From a virus, in UHGV virus genome UHGV-1352914: 64,000 bases of DNA, one strand, 5' to 3'. The translations under genes were made by a program, and so were the position numbers. The notes beneath the pieces are model-generated. The model saw nothing but the letters and a program-made list of their open reading frames with translations, was not told the DNA's origin and ran no database searches. Numbering within the stretch: the first letter of the stretch is position 1; each line of letters begins with the position of its first letter. Shown here piece after piece: positions 36,719 to 44,868 of the stretch.

Positions 36719-36958
36719 ATGAACGACAAAGTAAGAATTTTCGAGGATGTAGTGGGTGGCAGATTCGAAGTAGTCCATGACGGAGCTGGTGTTGCCAGTT
36801 TCTACTACTGCACCAATGAGAACGAACAGTGCTACCTAAGCAGGAAAGCGGCAAAGAAACTGGCCACGAAAGTTGCCCGCTACATGGTTAGCAGGGGGAC
36901 CTCCCCCACAACTAAGGGAATAGGACTAAACCAAATCTATTTTAACATCGATGTCTGA
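36719..36958 (+). CDS. Paralog 3 of tandem family
   Basis: 79 aa; 'FYYCTNENEQCYLSRKAAKKLATKVARYM'. Confidence 0.55.
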   Translation: MNDKVRIFEDVVGGRFEVVHDGAGVASFYYCTNENEQCYLSRKAAKKLATKVARYMVSRGTSPTTKGIGLNQIYFNIDV

Positions 36959-37199
36959 TACTCTAAATATTACCGTCGTAGATGACCCCATTATCGGATA
37001 TTTCTGGGTCCTGCTTGAAAACCGTTGCGTTGCCACTTTTTACTATTGCACGAGAGGTGAGGAAGGACTTTTCACTAAGAAGCAAGCAAAGAAGCTGACC
37101 GAGAAGCTTGTCCGCAAAATTGAGAAGAGTACGACTATCAAAACCAAAAAAGGATTTAAGCTCGTCAAACAGGAAAGGGACAACACCAATGAACAATAA
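36951..37199 (+). CDS. Paralog 4 of tandem family
   Basis: 82 aa; 'FYYCTRGEEGLFTKKQAKKLTEKLVRKIEKST'. Confidence 0.55.
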   Translation: MSDTLNITVVDDPIIGYFWVLLENRCVATFYYCTRGEEGLFTKKQAKKLTEKLVRKIEKSTTIKTKKGFKLVKQERDNTNEQ

Positions 37200-37425
37200 T
37201 TCAGATACCTGTATTTGTGACGACACCTCTGCCGGATTTTTCCGTGTTATGCACGGAAAACGTTGTGTTGCCATTTTCAACTATTGCACGGAAAATGAGA
37301 GAGGCTTCTTCACCAAGAAGCAAGCCGAGAAACTGGCAAACAAGCTCGCCCGTAAAATGGAGAAGAGCACGGTCGTAGAAACAATAACTGGCCTTGAGCT
37401 GAAAAGGAACAACATCAATGACTAA
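37189..37425 (+). CDS. Paralog 5 of tandem family
   Basis: Internal Met of ORF 37108 taken as start (MNNNSDTCICDD); 'FNYCTENERGFFTKKQAEKLANKLARKMEKST'. Confidence 0.5.
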   Translation: MNNNSDTCICDDTSAGFFRVMHGKRCVAIFNYCTENERGFFTKKQAEKLANKLARKMEKSTVVETITGLELKRNNIND

Positions 37426-37675
37426 CGAAAAATATTTACTGGAAACCTTCTTAATGGAATATCCGCGAGCAGGAATCCTTGCGGTGATTCATCGAAACTA
37501 CCGTATCGCCCTGTTCCCCTATTGCAAGAATGTGGACGAGAAGGGAGTTCCGACAAGAGACTGCGCCCTCAAAATGGCAATCGAACTTCGTGACAAGATT
37601 AAGAAGTTAACGACGGAAGAATCTGACACGGGAATTACCTTCGTCGAAAGGAACAACACCAATGACCAACGATAA
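37418..37675 (+). CDS. Paralog 6 of tandem family
   Basis: 85 aa; 'FPYCKNVDEKGVPTRDCALKMAIELRDKIKKLT'; start overlaps previous stop. Confidence 0.55.
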   Translation: MTNEKYLLETFLMEYPRAGILAVIHRNYRIALFPYCKNVDEKGVPTRDCALKMAIELRDKIKKLTTEESDTGITFVERNNTNDQR

Positions 37676-37898
37676 AGTCTTCGTCCGATACACGCGGGAT
37701 GAGGCTATCATCCTCTTCAACTATCAGCCCGTTCTCCGCATACCTACCAAGTACCAGCTGGGCGACCAAGAGGTCGATATGTGTGAGGAATTAGTGGACT
37801 GGGCTAATCAAATCGTTGAGGACCTTAACGAGCATGTCATATTACCAGATATAAACAAAACCAAAAACGAAAATGAAAGTAGGACCCGGAAAAGTTAA
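37662..37898 (+). CDS. Paralog 7 (most divergent) of tandem family
   Basis: 78 aa; same length/N-terminal 'MTNDK'; overlapping start. Confidence 0.45.
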   Translation: MTNDKVFVRYTRDEAIILFNYQPVLRIPTKYQLGDQEVDMCEELVDWANQIVEDLNEHVILPDINKTKNENESRTRKS

Positions 37899-38319
37899 GA
37901 CCAGATTTAAGTGCGGCGACGTTGTTCTTCGGATAGATACGGGGAGATGTGGCATGTGTGGGGATAGCATCCCAACAGGGTCTATCCTTCGGGTAGTGTC
38001 CGACGAGGATGTTGCTGGTGTCGTTCGTGTCCAATATCCCCAAGCGGATGATGAAGACGAAGAGATACAGGATGTTATGTGGTACGAAATCGACCACTTA
38101 CCCGCGAAAGCCAAGGTAGAAGAATTCTCGGATGCCGTGAGGGTGTCCATGAATGGGGACGCTATTGCCACCATTCTCACGGACATTGCCACCCCATTGG
38201 GCACTCTTCACTTCGAAAGCTGGGCCAGAGAAATTGCCCAGTCGATGGCGAACATTATTAACCTTCAAATCTCATTGGGGAAGCTAACCTCGGACGGAAT
38301 CAAAGTAGAAAAAAACTAA
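37873..38319 (+). CDS. Hypothetical protein
   Basis: 148 aa; 'G..VV.RID.GRCGMCG'. Confidence 0.45.
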   Translation: MKVGPGKVKTRFKCGDVVLRIDTGRCGMCGDSIPTGSILRVVSDEDVAGVVRVQYPQADDEDEEIQDVMWYEIDHLPAKAKVEEFSDAVRVSMNGDAIATILTDIATPLGTLHFESWAREIAQSMANIINLQISLGKLTSDGIKVEKN

Positions 38320-39083
38320 TGACAAGCAAAAACAAAATTAAGGAAATACAGAAGTGGGCGGGAACTACGCCCGACGGTATCCTTGGTGATAAGACCATTG
38401 ATGCTATATGGAAGAAGATACAACCGGAACCCACGGTTTCCGTGGGACCTATGGACGTCCCGGAAACCACGGGTTCCGTGGGTCCCGTGGAATCCCCGGC
38501 AGAGATTATCCGCAAAGGAATGGCCAAGAAGATTCTCAACATGGAGGACTACAAGATTACAGGTCCCGATTCTCTGCGCGTAACTCGCCTCCCCTCTGGT
38601 GACGGCGGTGGCAAGTGGGAGATTGCAGGTATCTGTGATGGGATTGAACCCAAGGAATTCAATCTAATCAAATCCATGATGGACCGGGGCGACAGGGATG
38701 CGGCATGGGAGGAATGCCTCCGCTATGTTCTCGCCAATACGGAACCGTTGGTTGCCAAGGGAGTTGCAGGATGCTACGCCATTGAGTTCATGCTTCGCGA
38801 CATGACCTTCAACATGGGTGTGGCGGGAACGACTAAGGTTGTCCAGCGCATGCTCGACATTGATATTGACGGCAAGTGGGGGAAAAATACCCAAGCCAAA
38901 TGGACGGACGCCATTCAATCATGGGAGGAAAGCGAAGTCCTCGATATGCTGGACCGCGCTTGTCGTGCCCGCTATTGCTCCATTGTAAGAGCCAATCCGG
39001 TGAAGGCGAAGTTTCTCTCCGGCTGGTCCAACCGATGCAATGCGCGACATGCTTACGCTCTTACTCTGTTGTCAAGGAAATAA
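38319..39083 (+). CDS. Endolysin-like protein with peptidoglycan-binding repeats
   Basis: 'WAGTTPDGILGDKTIDAIWK' and 'IDGKWGKNTQAKW' PG_binding-like repeats; linker 38420-38500 carries CCACGG palindromes. Confidence 0.5.
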   Translation: MTSKNKIKEIQKWAGTTPDGILGDKTIDAIWKKIQPEPTVSVGPMDVPETTGSVGPVESPAEIIRKGMAKKILNMEDYKITGPDSLRVTRLPSGDGGGKWEIAGICDGIEPKEFNLIKSMMDRGDRDAAWEECLRYVLANTEPLVAKGVAGCYAIEFMLRDMTFNMGVAGTTKVVQRMLDIDIDGKWGKNTQAKWTDAIQSWEESEVLDMLDRACRARYCSIVRANPVKAKFLSGWSNRCNARHAYALTLLSRK

Positions 39084-39096
39084 ACAGGGAATTTTC

Positions 39097-39125
39097 TTGA
39101 CCCGTTAAACCCCAAATGATAACAT
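39097..39125 (+). promoter_or_regulatory. sigma70-like promoter TTGACC-N17-TAACAT followed by 14-bp palindrome that includes the ATG
   Basis: Seen in sequence; palindrome aacatggcggcaagg/ccctgccgccatgtt 39121-39155. Confidence 0.5.
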
Positions 39126-39150
39126 GGCGGCAAGGTAATTCCCTGCCGCC

Positions 39151-39573
39151 ATGTTTAGATTCGTCGCACAGCTAAACACCATTGACGGTAACGTATGGAC
39201 TTTGTTTCTCACCCGTATCGTCGAGGAAATGTCTCCCGCATATCTCGTATTTGTGGGAGTTATTTACGTGGCAGTAAAGCTGGCGTATAAGTATCTCTCA
39301 AAAAAGATAGAGTTTAGTCTTGACAAGGAGAAGTCATTTCTCATACTATTGCAAGAGGCTCTAAGAGTTATATCCGAGTTGGATGAATCTCTAGACCAAT
39401 TACATGGAAAAATAGACAACCTACGAAGCGACCATGAAGAGATAATCGACCGCGCCTTCTGCGCTATCTCGCAACAAGATACACACCCCTCCGACAGAAA
39501 TGAAAATATTCAATCTGTTCCGAAAAAGCCACGAGCAGGAACAACTCGAAAACGAGTTGACCCAGAATCTTAA
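39151..39573 (+). CDS. TM + coiled-coil protein (holin/spanin-like)
   Basis: TM segment 'AYLVFVGVIYVAVKLAYKYL' then helical charged region; downstream of endolysin. Confidence 0.4.
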   Translation: MFRFVAQLNTIDGNVWTLFLTRIVEEMSPAYLVFVGVIYVAVKLAYKYLSKKIEFSLDKEKSFLILLQEALRVISELDESLDQLHGKIDNLRSDHEEIIDRAFCAISQQDTHPSDRNENIQSVPKKPRAGTTRKRVDPES

Positions 39574-40012
39574 TCAATTACAGGAAAGCATCCGTGCGTG
39601 TACTGAAAAAATCCGCTCAAGGAATCGGTTCTATGCCTCCCTTCCTCTTGGTCGCGAGGGTGAGCTGAAACTGCCCAGAAACCAATGGGCCTATTTTTTA
39701 CGGGGGAAAGTAGGAATTCGTTATGACGGAGAAACCCTTACCTCTTCGGTCACACAGGTTAAAACTCGTGAAGAAGTTCAACTGCCAAGAATTATTGATG
39801 CGGAGAGAAGCCATAAATTACTTGTCATACAAGGATATGTTATTGACAGGCGAACGAACCGAACATATTATCGGGGCGAGACAGTAAGTTTTCCGCGGGG
39901 AGAACCAATGCAATTAACGTTGAACGGGCATATTAGCATGATGTGGACACCCCCGCTCCCCGGTGCAATTATGCCGTTCTTTCAATCCAATATACATGGC
40001 TCTGATTCCTAA
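39500..40012 (+). CDS. Hypothetical protein (74-nt overlap with previous ORF)
   Basis: 170-aa ORF; overlap unusual, start uncertain. Confidence 0.35.
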   Translation: MKIFNLFRKSHEQEQLENELTQNLNQLQESIRACTEKIRSRNRFYASLPLGREGELKLPRNQWAYFLRGKVGIRYDGETLTSSVTQVKTREEVQLPRIIDAERSHKLLVIQGYVIDRRTNRTYYRGETVSFPRGEPMQLTLNGHISMMWTPPLPGAIMPFFQSNIHGSDS

Positions 40013-42887
40013 TACCACGGCCTCCACTCCACAGCCTCCGACAATACCCATTGGAACCACGGATTCCTCGTGGCGCAATGGGTTCAGTCCTGACAGGCCA
40101 ATGGGTGAGCCGATAATTAACTTTCCCACTCCGGTGGTAAAAAACGTGATGTTCTTCGTTGAGAGGATTGCCAAGAATCCCAGCGAGATTACCACTGAAT
40201 TGGGAACACCGTTCGTACCTACTGCGGGTACGACCTTCCTCCCGTTCATGCGGGATGCAGTTCTCGTGCATGTCGAACCCGTCAATGAGGCGGCGAGACA
40301 GCACGTTTATCGTTTCTACTACATGGTCCCGCCGGAACAGCAGTTCCGATATAACATTCAGGACATGAAGAAAATCCGTGACGGCTATACCTTAAAGGAC
40401 ACCGTCGCTACGGGTAAGTTCATGGGGCCGGATGCAGACACGGAAGAGTTGAAGGACTTCTACGAGATTACACGGGAATGGGTGGAACCCTTGGATTCCG
40501 CGTATGCCCCGCTTCCCCTTGGCTCGTTTGACCCCAGCAACGAAAAGCTGGACCCTGACTTCTATGACCAGCACTTCTACACGGCCTACGATGCCCAGCT
40601 GGTATTTGAAGAAGTAGTCCAGTTTGAAGAAGAACACCTACGCAAGTATTTTCGTAAGGTGGTACGCGTGTACAAGACCCTGCCCGGCCCGGTGGTTAAA
40701 GAGTTCGTCCCTTATAACATTTGGCAGAAGGGAGATACGGTGTGGGATGAAGGTGGTCCGGGAACGAACCAGCCCGAATCTGAATGGGTGGCACAGACTG
40801 CAATTAAGTTATCGAGAGAGGTCTGGGCCGCGCCGCTTTGGCCCGTCGATGGTGGAGGGAAGGAACCGGGTCAGGCCCGCATTCCTCACATGCCCCTCCT
40901 TGAACTGGACAATAAGCCCGTTAGTGCTGGCTGGGACAAGGGCAGTTATCCGAGTACGCAGATGTACACCCTTGTATCTATGTACAAACGGAACAGTAAC
41001 ATTGCGGAGAAAGAGGAACAGAACAGCCTCTCCGGTAATTGTTGTAACCCGGATTCCCGTTTTGTCCGGTGCATCAATACAACCGTGACGACTAGCCAGT
41101 CCGTCGACTGGACAGCGAACGGCGATGTCCCTGCGATTGACCCTCCTGACCCCGGCGAGAACTGTAGCCAATGGCGTGTAGATTCCTCTGTGGTAGTACA
41201 TGAAGGATATAGCCACAAGGAAACGCGAAAGAGTTGCACCACCTACGACCAGATTGATGAATTCTGGGAATCCTCATTCGATAGGATAACCAATCAGGTC
41301 TATCCTGTACTGCGGAAGATTGTACATAATCCGAGCACTGACTTCGACACCGATTGGCAGAAGGAAGGATTCACCAAATACACGGACGCAGTTGGCAATA
41401 CCTACTATGGCCGGAAGTTGGAGAAGCCTGTTACGCTGGTTCCCGTCACCGTCCCTGACATGAGGTGGACCACTATTGAAAATGTGGAATCTTGGGACCT
41501 GACGGTTCAAGAAGATTCCGTAACTCCTACCGAGATACTGGGCATTCCCTATTTGAACTACGGAATAAGTGACCCTAACTACCCAGAGTACCAAGGTTTT
41601 ATGGGCGTTAGCGGGATTCTTAGTGCTCAACCCAACGGTTCTAACTCTGACAGGGGAGGAAACTTCGGCATCTATTTCCGTGATAAACGATTGTGGAACC
41701 TGTATATTCAGAACAGCTATCCTACAACTTATTCGCCGGGGACCTTCTGGCTTGACTACGCATACTTCTCCGTCAATCCGCAAGGCCCGTGGTACACCGA
41801 AGACGGACAGGTTAAGATAGATATGGAGATGGTTATTCAGTCCACCCTGTATGCCAAAATTGTTACGAACGAAACTTGGACCTTCCCCGTAGGAAACGCC
41901 CAAGGGATTAGCTTCGTTCAACGAGATGCTTCGTATACTTCTGAAATGATGTTCTCCGTAGGGTCGCTTCCTTCCGGGATACAGGGGGCATATCTGGACA
42001 TCCAATATGGGCGGCTTAACCTAGTAGTCATAGCTAATCCCAGAGGGTCTGCAATCAATGGCACTATTCCCATTCTGATTAACGGTGAGAAGGCGTTCGA
42101 CATTGACGTAGAAACCGTGGACCTAGATACGCAAAAGGTTCTTACGGTTCAGAACACCACTGCCGCTAAGCAGGAATACCATGCTGGGGATTATGTTCTC
42201 AATGCGGAGGTAGTCAATAAACTGACGCTATCCTACAGTGGGCAAAAGTTTCCCTATTTCCAATTTAATCTTACCCTGTGCGCACTTACGGGGTCTACCT
42301 TTAAGAAGGTCGCGACAAGTGATAAGATTCAACGCGTCGTCCTGCGCCAATGGGTGAACCCCTGTTACGCCGTAGATAGTTACATGCAGATTCCGGGAAT
42401 CGGGTACTACAAAAAATATACCACGACGATGAACTACAGTTTCCCTGCCGTGTTCGGTTCGGTTAGTTGGGTTCCGTGGGATACGAGGCCCGACCTCTCT
42501 GGCAGACAGGAAGGCAAGTACTTCCCGCAGACCAAGATGATGCGGGACAGTTACTCCGGCCCCTGCACCGCCGTGGTAGAGGAAGCCTTCTCCCCCGATG
42601 GCACATGGCCTAAAGGCTGGGGCCTTGGGACGTCGGTACAGTTCACGACGAACAGCGGGTATTTCTCTTCGCCGCTTTGCGATTACCGTCTGCCCGCATG
42701 CCTCCACGGCCCGCTGACTATATCCGTAACCATTGGCAGTCAGGACGCCAAGTGGCTTCCCGGCGGGTTTAATACAAACTTTCCGGGAACTACCCACACA
42801 GATTGGAAACCCGTGACCTCCTATTACGCATCCCCGTGGAACGGAGGCATGATGTGCAAGAAAGTAACCATTTATCCACCCAGTTAA
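39963..42887 (+). CDS. Large tail protein (nozzle/spike/fibre class, putative)
   Basis: 974 aa, W/Y/G/N-rich beta composition. Confidence 0.5.
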   Translation: MQLCRSFNPIYMALIPNTTASTPQPPTIPIGTTDSSWRNGFSPDRPMGEPIINFPTPVVKNVMFFVERIAKNPSEITTELGTPFVPTAGTTFLPFMRDAVLVHVEPVNEAARQHVYRFYYMVPPEQQFRYNIQDMKKIRDGYTLKDTVATGKFMGPDADTEELKDFYEITREWVEPLDSAYAPLPLGSFDPSNEKLDPDFYDQHFYTAYDAQLVFEEVVQFEEEHLRKYFRKVVRVYKTLPGPVVKEFVPYNIWQKGDTVWDEGGPGTNQPESEWVAQTAIKLSREVWAAPLWPVDGGGKEPGQARIPHMPLLELDNKPVSAGWDKGSYPSTQMYTLVSMYKRNSNIAEKEEQNSLSGNCCNPDSRFVRCINTTVTTSQSVDWTANGDVPAIDPPDPGENCSQWRVDSSVVVHEGYSHKETRKSCTTYDQIDEFWESSFDRITNQVYPVLRKIVHNPSTDFDTDWQKEGFTKYTDAVGNTYYGRKLEKPVTLVPVTVPDMRWTTIENVESWDLTVQEDSVTPTEILGIPYLNYGISDPNYPEYQGFMGVSGILSAQPNGSNSDRGGNFGIYFRDKRLWNLYIQNSYPTTYSPGTFWLDYAYFSVNPQGPWYTEDGQVKIDMEMVIQSTLYAKIVTNETWTFPVGNAQGISFVQRDASYTSEMMFSVGSLPSGIQGAYLDIQYGRLNLVVIANPRGSAINGTIPILINGEKAFDIDVETVDLDTQKVLTVQNTTAAKQEYHAGDYVLNAEVVNKLTLSYSGQKFPYFQFNLTLCALTGSTFKKVATSDKIQRVVLRQWVNPCYAVDSYMQIPGIGYYKKYTTTMNYSFPAVFGSVSWVPWDTRPDLSGRQEGKYFPQTKMMRDSYSGPCTAVVEEAFSPDGTWPKGWGLGTSVQFTTNSGYFSSPLCDYRLPACLHGPLTISVTIGSQDAKWLPGGFNTNFPGTTHTDWKPVTSYYASPWNGGMMCKKVTIYPPS

Positions 42888-42891
42888 TCTC

Positions 42892-43635
42892 ATGGCATTC
42901 ATTACCAAATCCTATTTAACCTATCGCAATGTTTGTGACGAGCTTTGCATGCTCATTACAAACCAGCCGCCGTCCAAGTCCAACGTTGACTTCCGTCGCA
43001 TATTGAAGGAAGCGCAGAACCTCCTGCTGAATGAGGCCACGGTATCCCCGGATTCCGTGGAAACCTTGGACTTTGAAGGAATCCCTCACGGGGGTTCTAT
43101 CTCCCTGCCCGAAGAATATGACAGTATCGTTGAGGCATGGTCGCCCAGCGGCAAGAAATACCACATCATTGACCGGGCCATGTTCGAAAGCAACACGTGG
43201 TTCCGTTCCGAATACCCGAAGCATGACAGTGGCTATCACGCCATCATGCTGGACATGGGACTGAACGAGCAGAACCTCCGCACCTATTCCGTCCTGTCTG
43301 GCAGTAGCGGCATCAACGACAACCCCGCGAGCAACGTCATGACGGTTTCGGCACGGTGCGCATTGCGCGGCCTATCCCTCAACATTTATGATGACGCGGC
43401 ATGGGAAGACAAGGAGGTTCGTATCTACCCCGGATGTCTTCCCGCATTGAAGGCAATGATGCTGGCCGTGGTCTATAATGAGCAGGGCAACACTCAAATG
43501 GGGACGGACAGCTATGGTCTTGCCGTCAAATACCTGAACGACCACCTGCGCAAATATCGTCAGGGTACGTATCAGGCTCCGAATATTATTCAGAACGGCG
43601 GCATCATGCAGTGCCCCGGACTTAACCTCATGTAA
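42892..43635 (+). CDS. Putative virion protein
   Basis: 247 aa. Confidence 0.45.
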   Translation: MAFITKSYLTYRNVCDELCMLITNQPPSKSNVDFRRILKEAQNLLLNEATVSPDSVETLDFEGIPHGGSISLPEEYDSIVEAWSPSGKKYHIIDRAMFESNTWFRSEYPKHDSGYHAIMLDMGLNEQNLRTYSVLSGSSGINDNPASNVMTVSARCALRGLSLNIYDDAAWEDKEVRIYPGCLPALKAMMLAVVYNEQGNTQMGTDSYGLAVKYLNDHLRKYRQGTYQAPNIIQNGGIMQCPGLNLM

Positions 43636-43637
43636 TT

Positions 43638-44765
43638 ATGCCGACCAAAAAGACTGACATATCGAGTGAGACGAGCGCGAGCGGGGGTATCCCCGCCGCC
43701 AAGTCTCTCAAACAGAAGACGATGGACGAGGTGCTTCCGAAGTCGAATCCCAACATCCCTCTCCGTCCCATGAATAACAACGACCCGAACAAGCCTGTCG
43801 ACGCGAAGGAGATGAACACCATCGCCGCGGCCAATAGCAACCACGGGATTAAGAATCCTCCCGCCAGTCCCTACGGGCGGGGGATTACGGAACCAGCAGT
43901 GCCGGGCGCAGTTGACCCTAATAGCGCAAGCTACGCCGCGCGGCAACAAGCGGCATACCAAGCTGGCATGCAACAAGCCGCGGCGGGGAAACTCTCTGCC
44001 GAGGATAGGCTCATGCTTCGGGGAGTTGACCAGAATGTGAGCAGGGGAATGATGCCCACCATTTCTCCTGCGGCATCCACGGTTCCCATGGCAACCGGAC
44101 GTCCCACGGCATCCACGGGAACGACGGCATCCACGGGAACGACGGCATCCACGGGAACGACGGAAGCGGCTCAAAAATATCTGCAAGATAAACTTGGTCC
44201 GGAAGGGTACAAGGTATTCCAGTCTATGCCGAAGGAACAGCAGGAAGCCATATATAGCAAGTACGCCGAGATGGTGACCAAGAATGCGCCAGCCGCTACC
44301 ACGGCGGCATTACCGAAAGGTTCTGCTCCGTCTCCCTCCGCAAACGCACTGCCCTCTGGCAATACTCCCATTCCCACGAGAAGTTCAACCACAAGTGCGC
44401 CCGCCGTGGATACTTCCAACAGTTCCGGTGGCGGGACTGCCGAGTACATGCTTCGAACCCTACAAGATAACACGGCCAGCCCGGAAGCTAGAGCACAGGC
44501 AGGAACATACCTCAAGGTCCGAACCATGTACGCCCAGCCGGAAAAGTATAGCAAGGAAATTAAACTCCTTGAAAAGCTGGAACGGGCTAAAAAAGAGGAA
44601 CTGCGCAACATGTTCAGGAATCGGCTCAACATCCGAGACCCCCGCTTTGCGCGGCAGTACGCGCAGTATCAAGCCCTACAGAAGAAAGACCCGCAAGCAA
44701 GGCTCGCGCTATATTCCGAACTGATGCAAGGTCCGGAGTTCGCCCATTTGGAATTCCGAAAATAA
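43638..44765 (+). CDS. Low-complexity A/Q/P-rich protein with (ASTGTT)3 repeat
   Basis: 375 aa; likely internal/ejection or assembly protein. Confidence 0.45.
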   Translation: MPTKKTDISSETSASGGIPAAKSLKQKTMDEVLPKSNPNIPLRPMNNNDPNKPVDAKEMNTIAAANSNHGIKNPPASPYGRGITEPAVPGAVDPNSASYAARQQAAYQAGMQQAAAGKLSAEDRLMLRGVDQNVSRGMMPTISPAASTVPMATGRPTASTGTTASTGTTASTGTTEAAQKYLQDKLGPEGYKVFQSMPKEQQEAIYSKYAEMVTKNAPAATTAALPKGSAPSPSANALPSGNTPIPTRSSTTSAPAVDTSNSSGGGTAEYMLRTLQDNTASPEARAQAGTYLKVRTMYAQPEKYSKEIKLLEKLERAKKEELRNMFRNRLNIRDPRFARQYAQYQALQKKDPQARLALYSELMQGPEFAHLEFRK

Positions 44766-44788
44766 ATTTGTCATAGTTGATATTTCAC

Positions 44789-44816
44789 TTGACCCTCGCC
44801 CCACTCATGATAGGAT
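44789..44816 (+). promoter_or_regulatory. sigma70-like promoter TTGACC-N16-TAGGAT nested in inverted repeat CCCCACTCATG...CATGAGTGGGG (44798-44842)
   Basis: Seen in sequence. Confidence 0.45.
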
Positions 44817-44868
44817 GTTGAAGACCCACATGAGTGGGGCAAACTTATTAGACTAACACTCAACAAAC

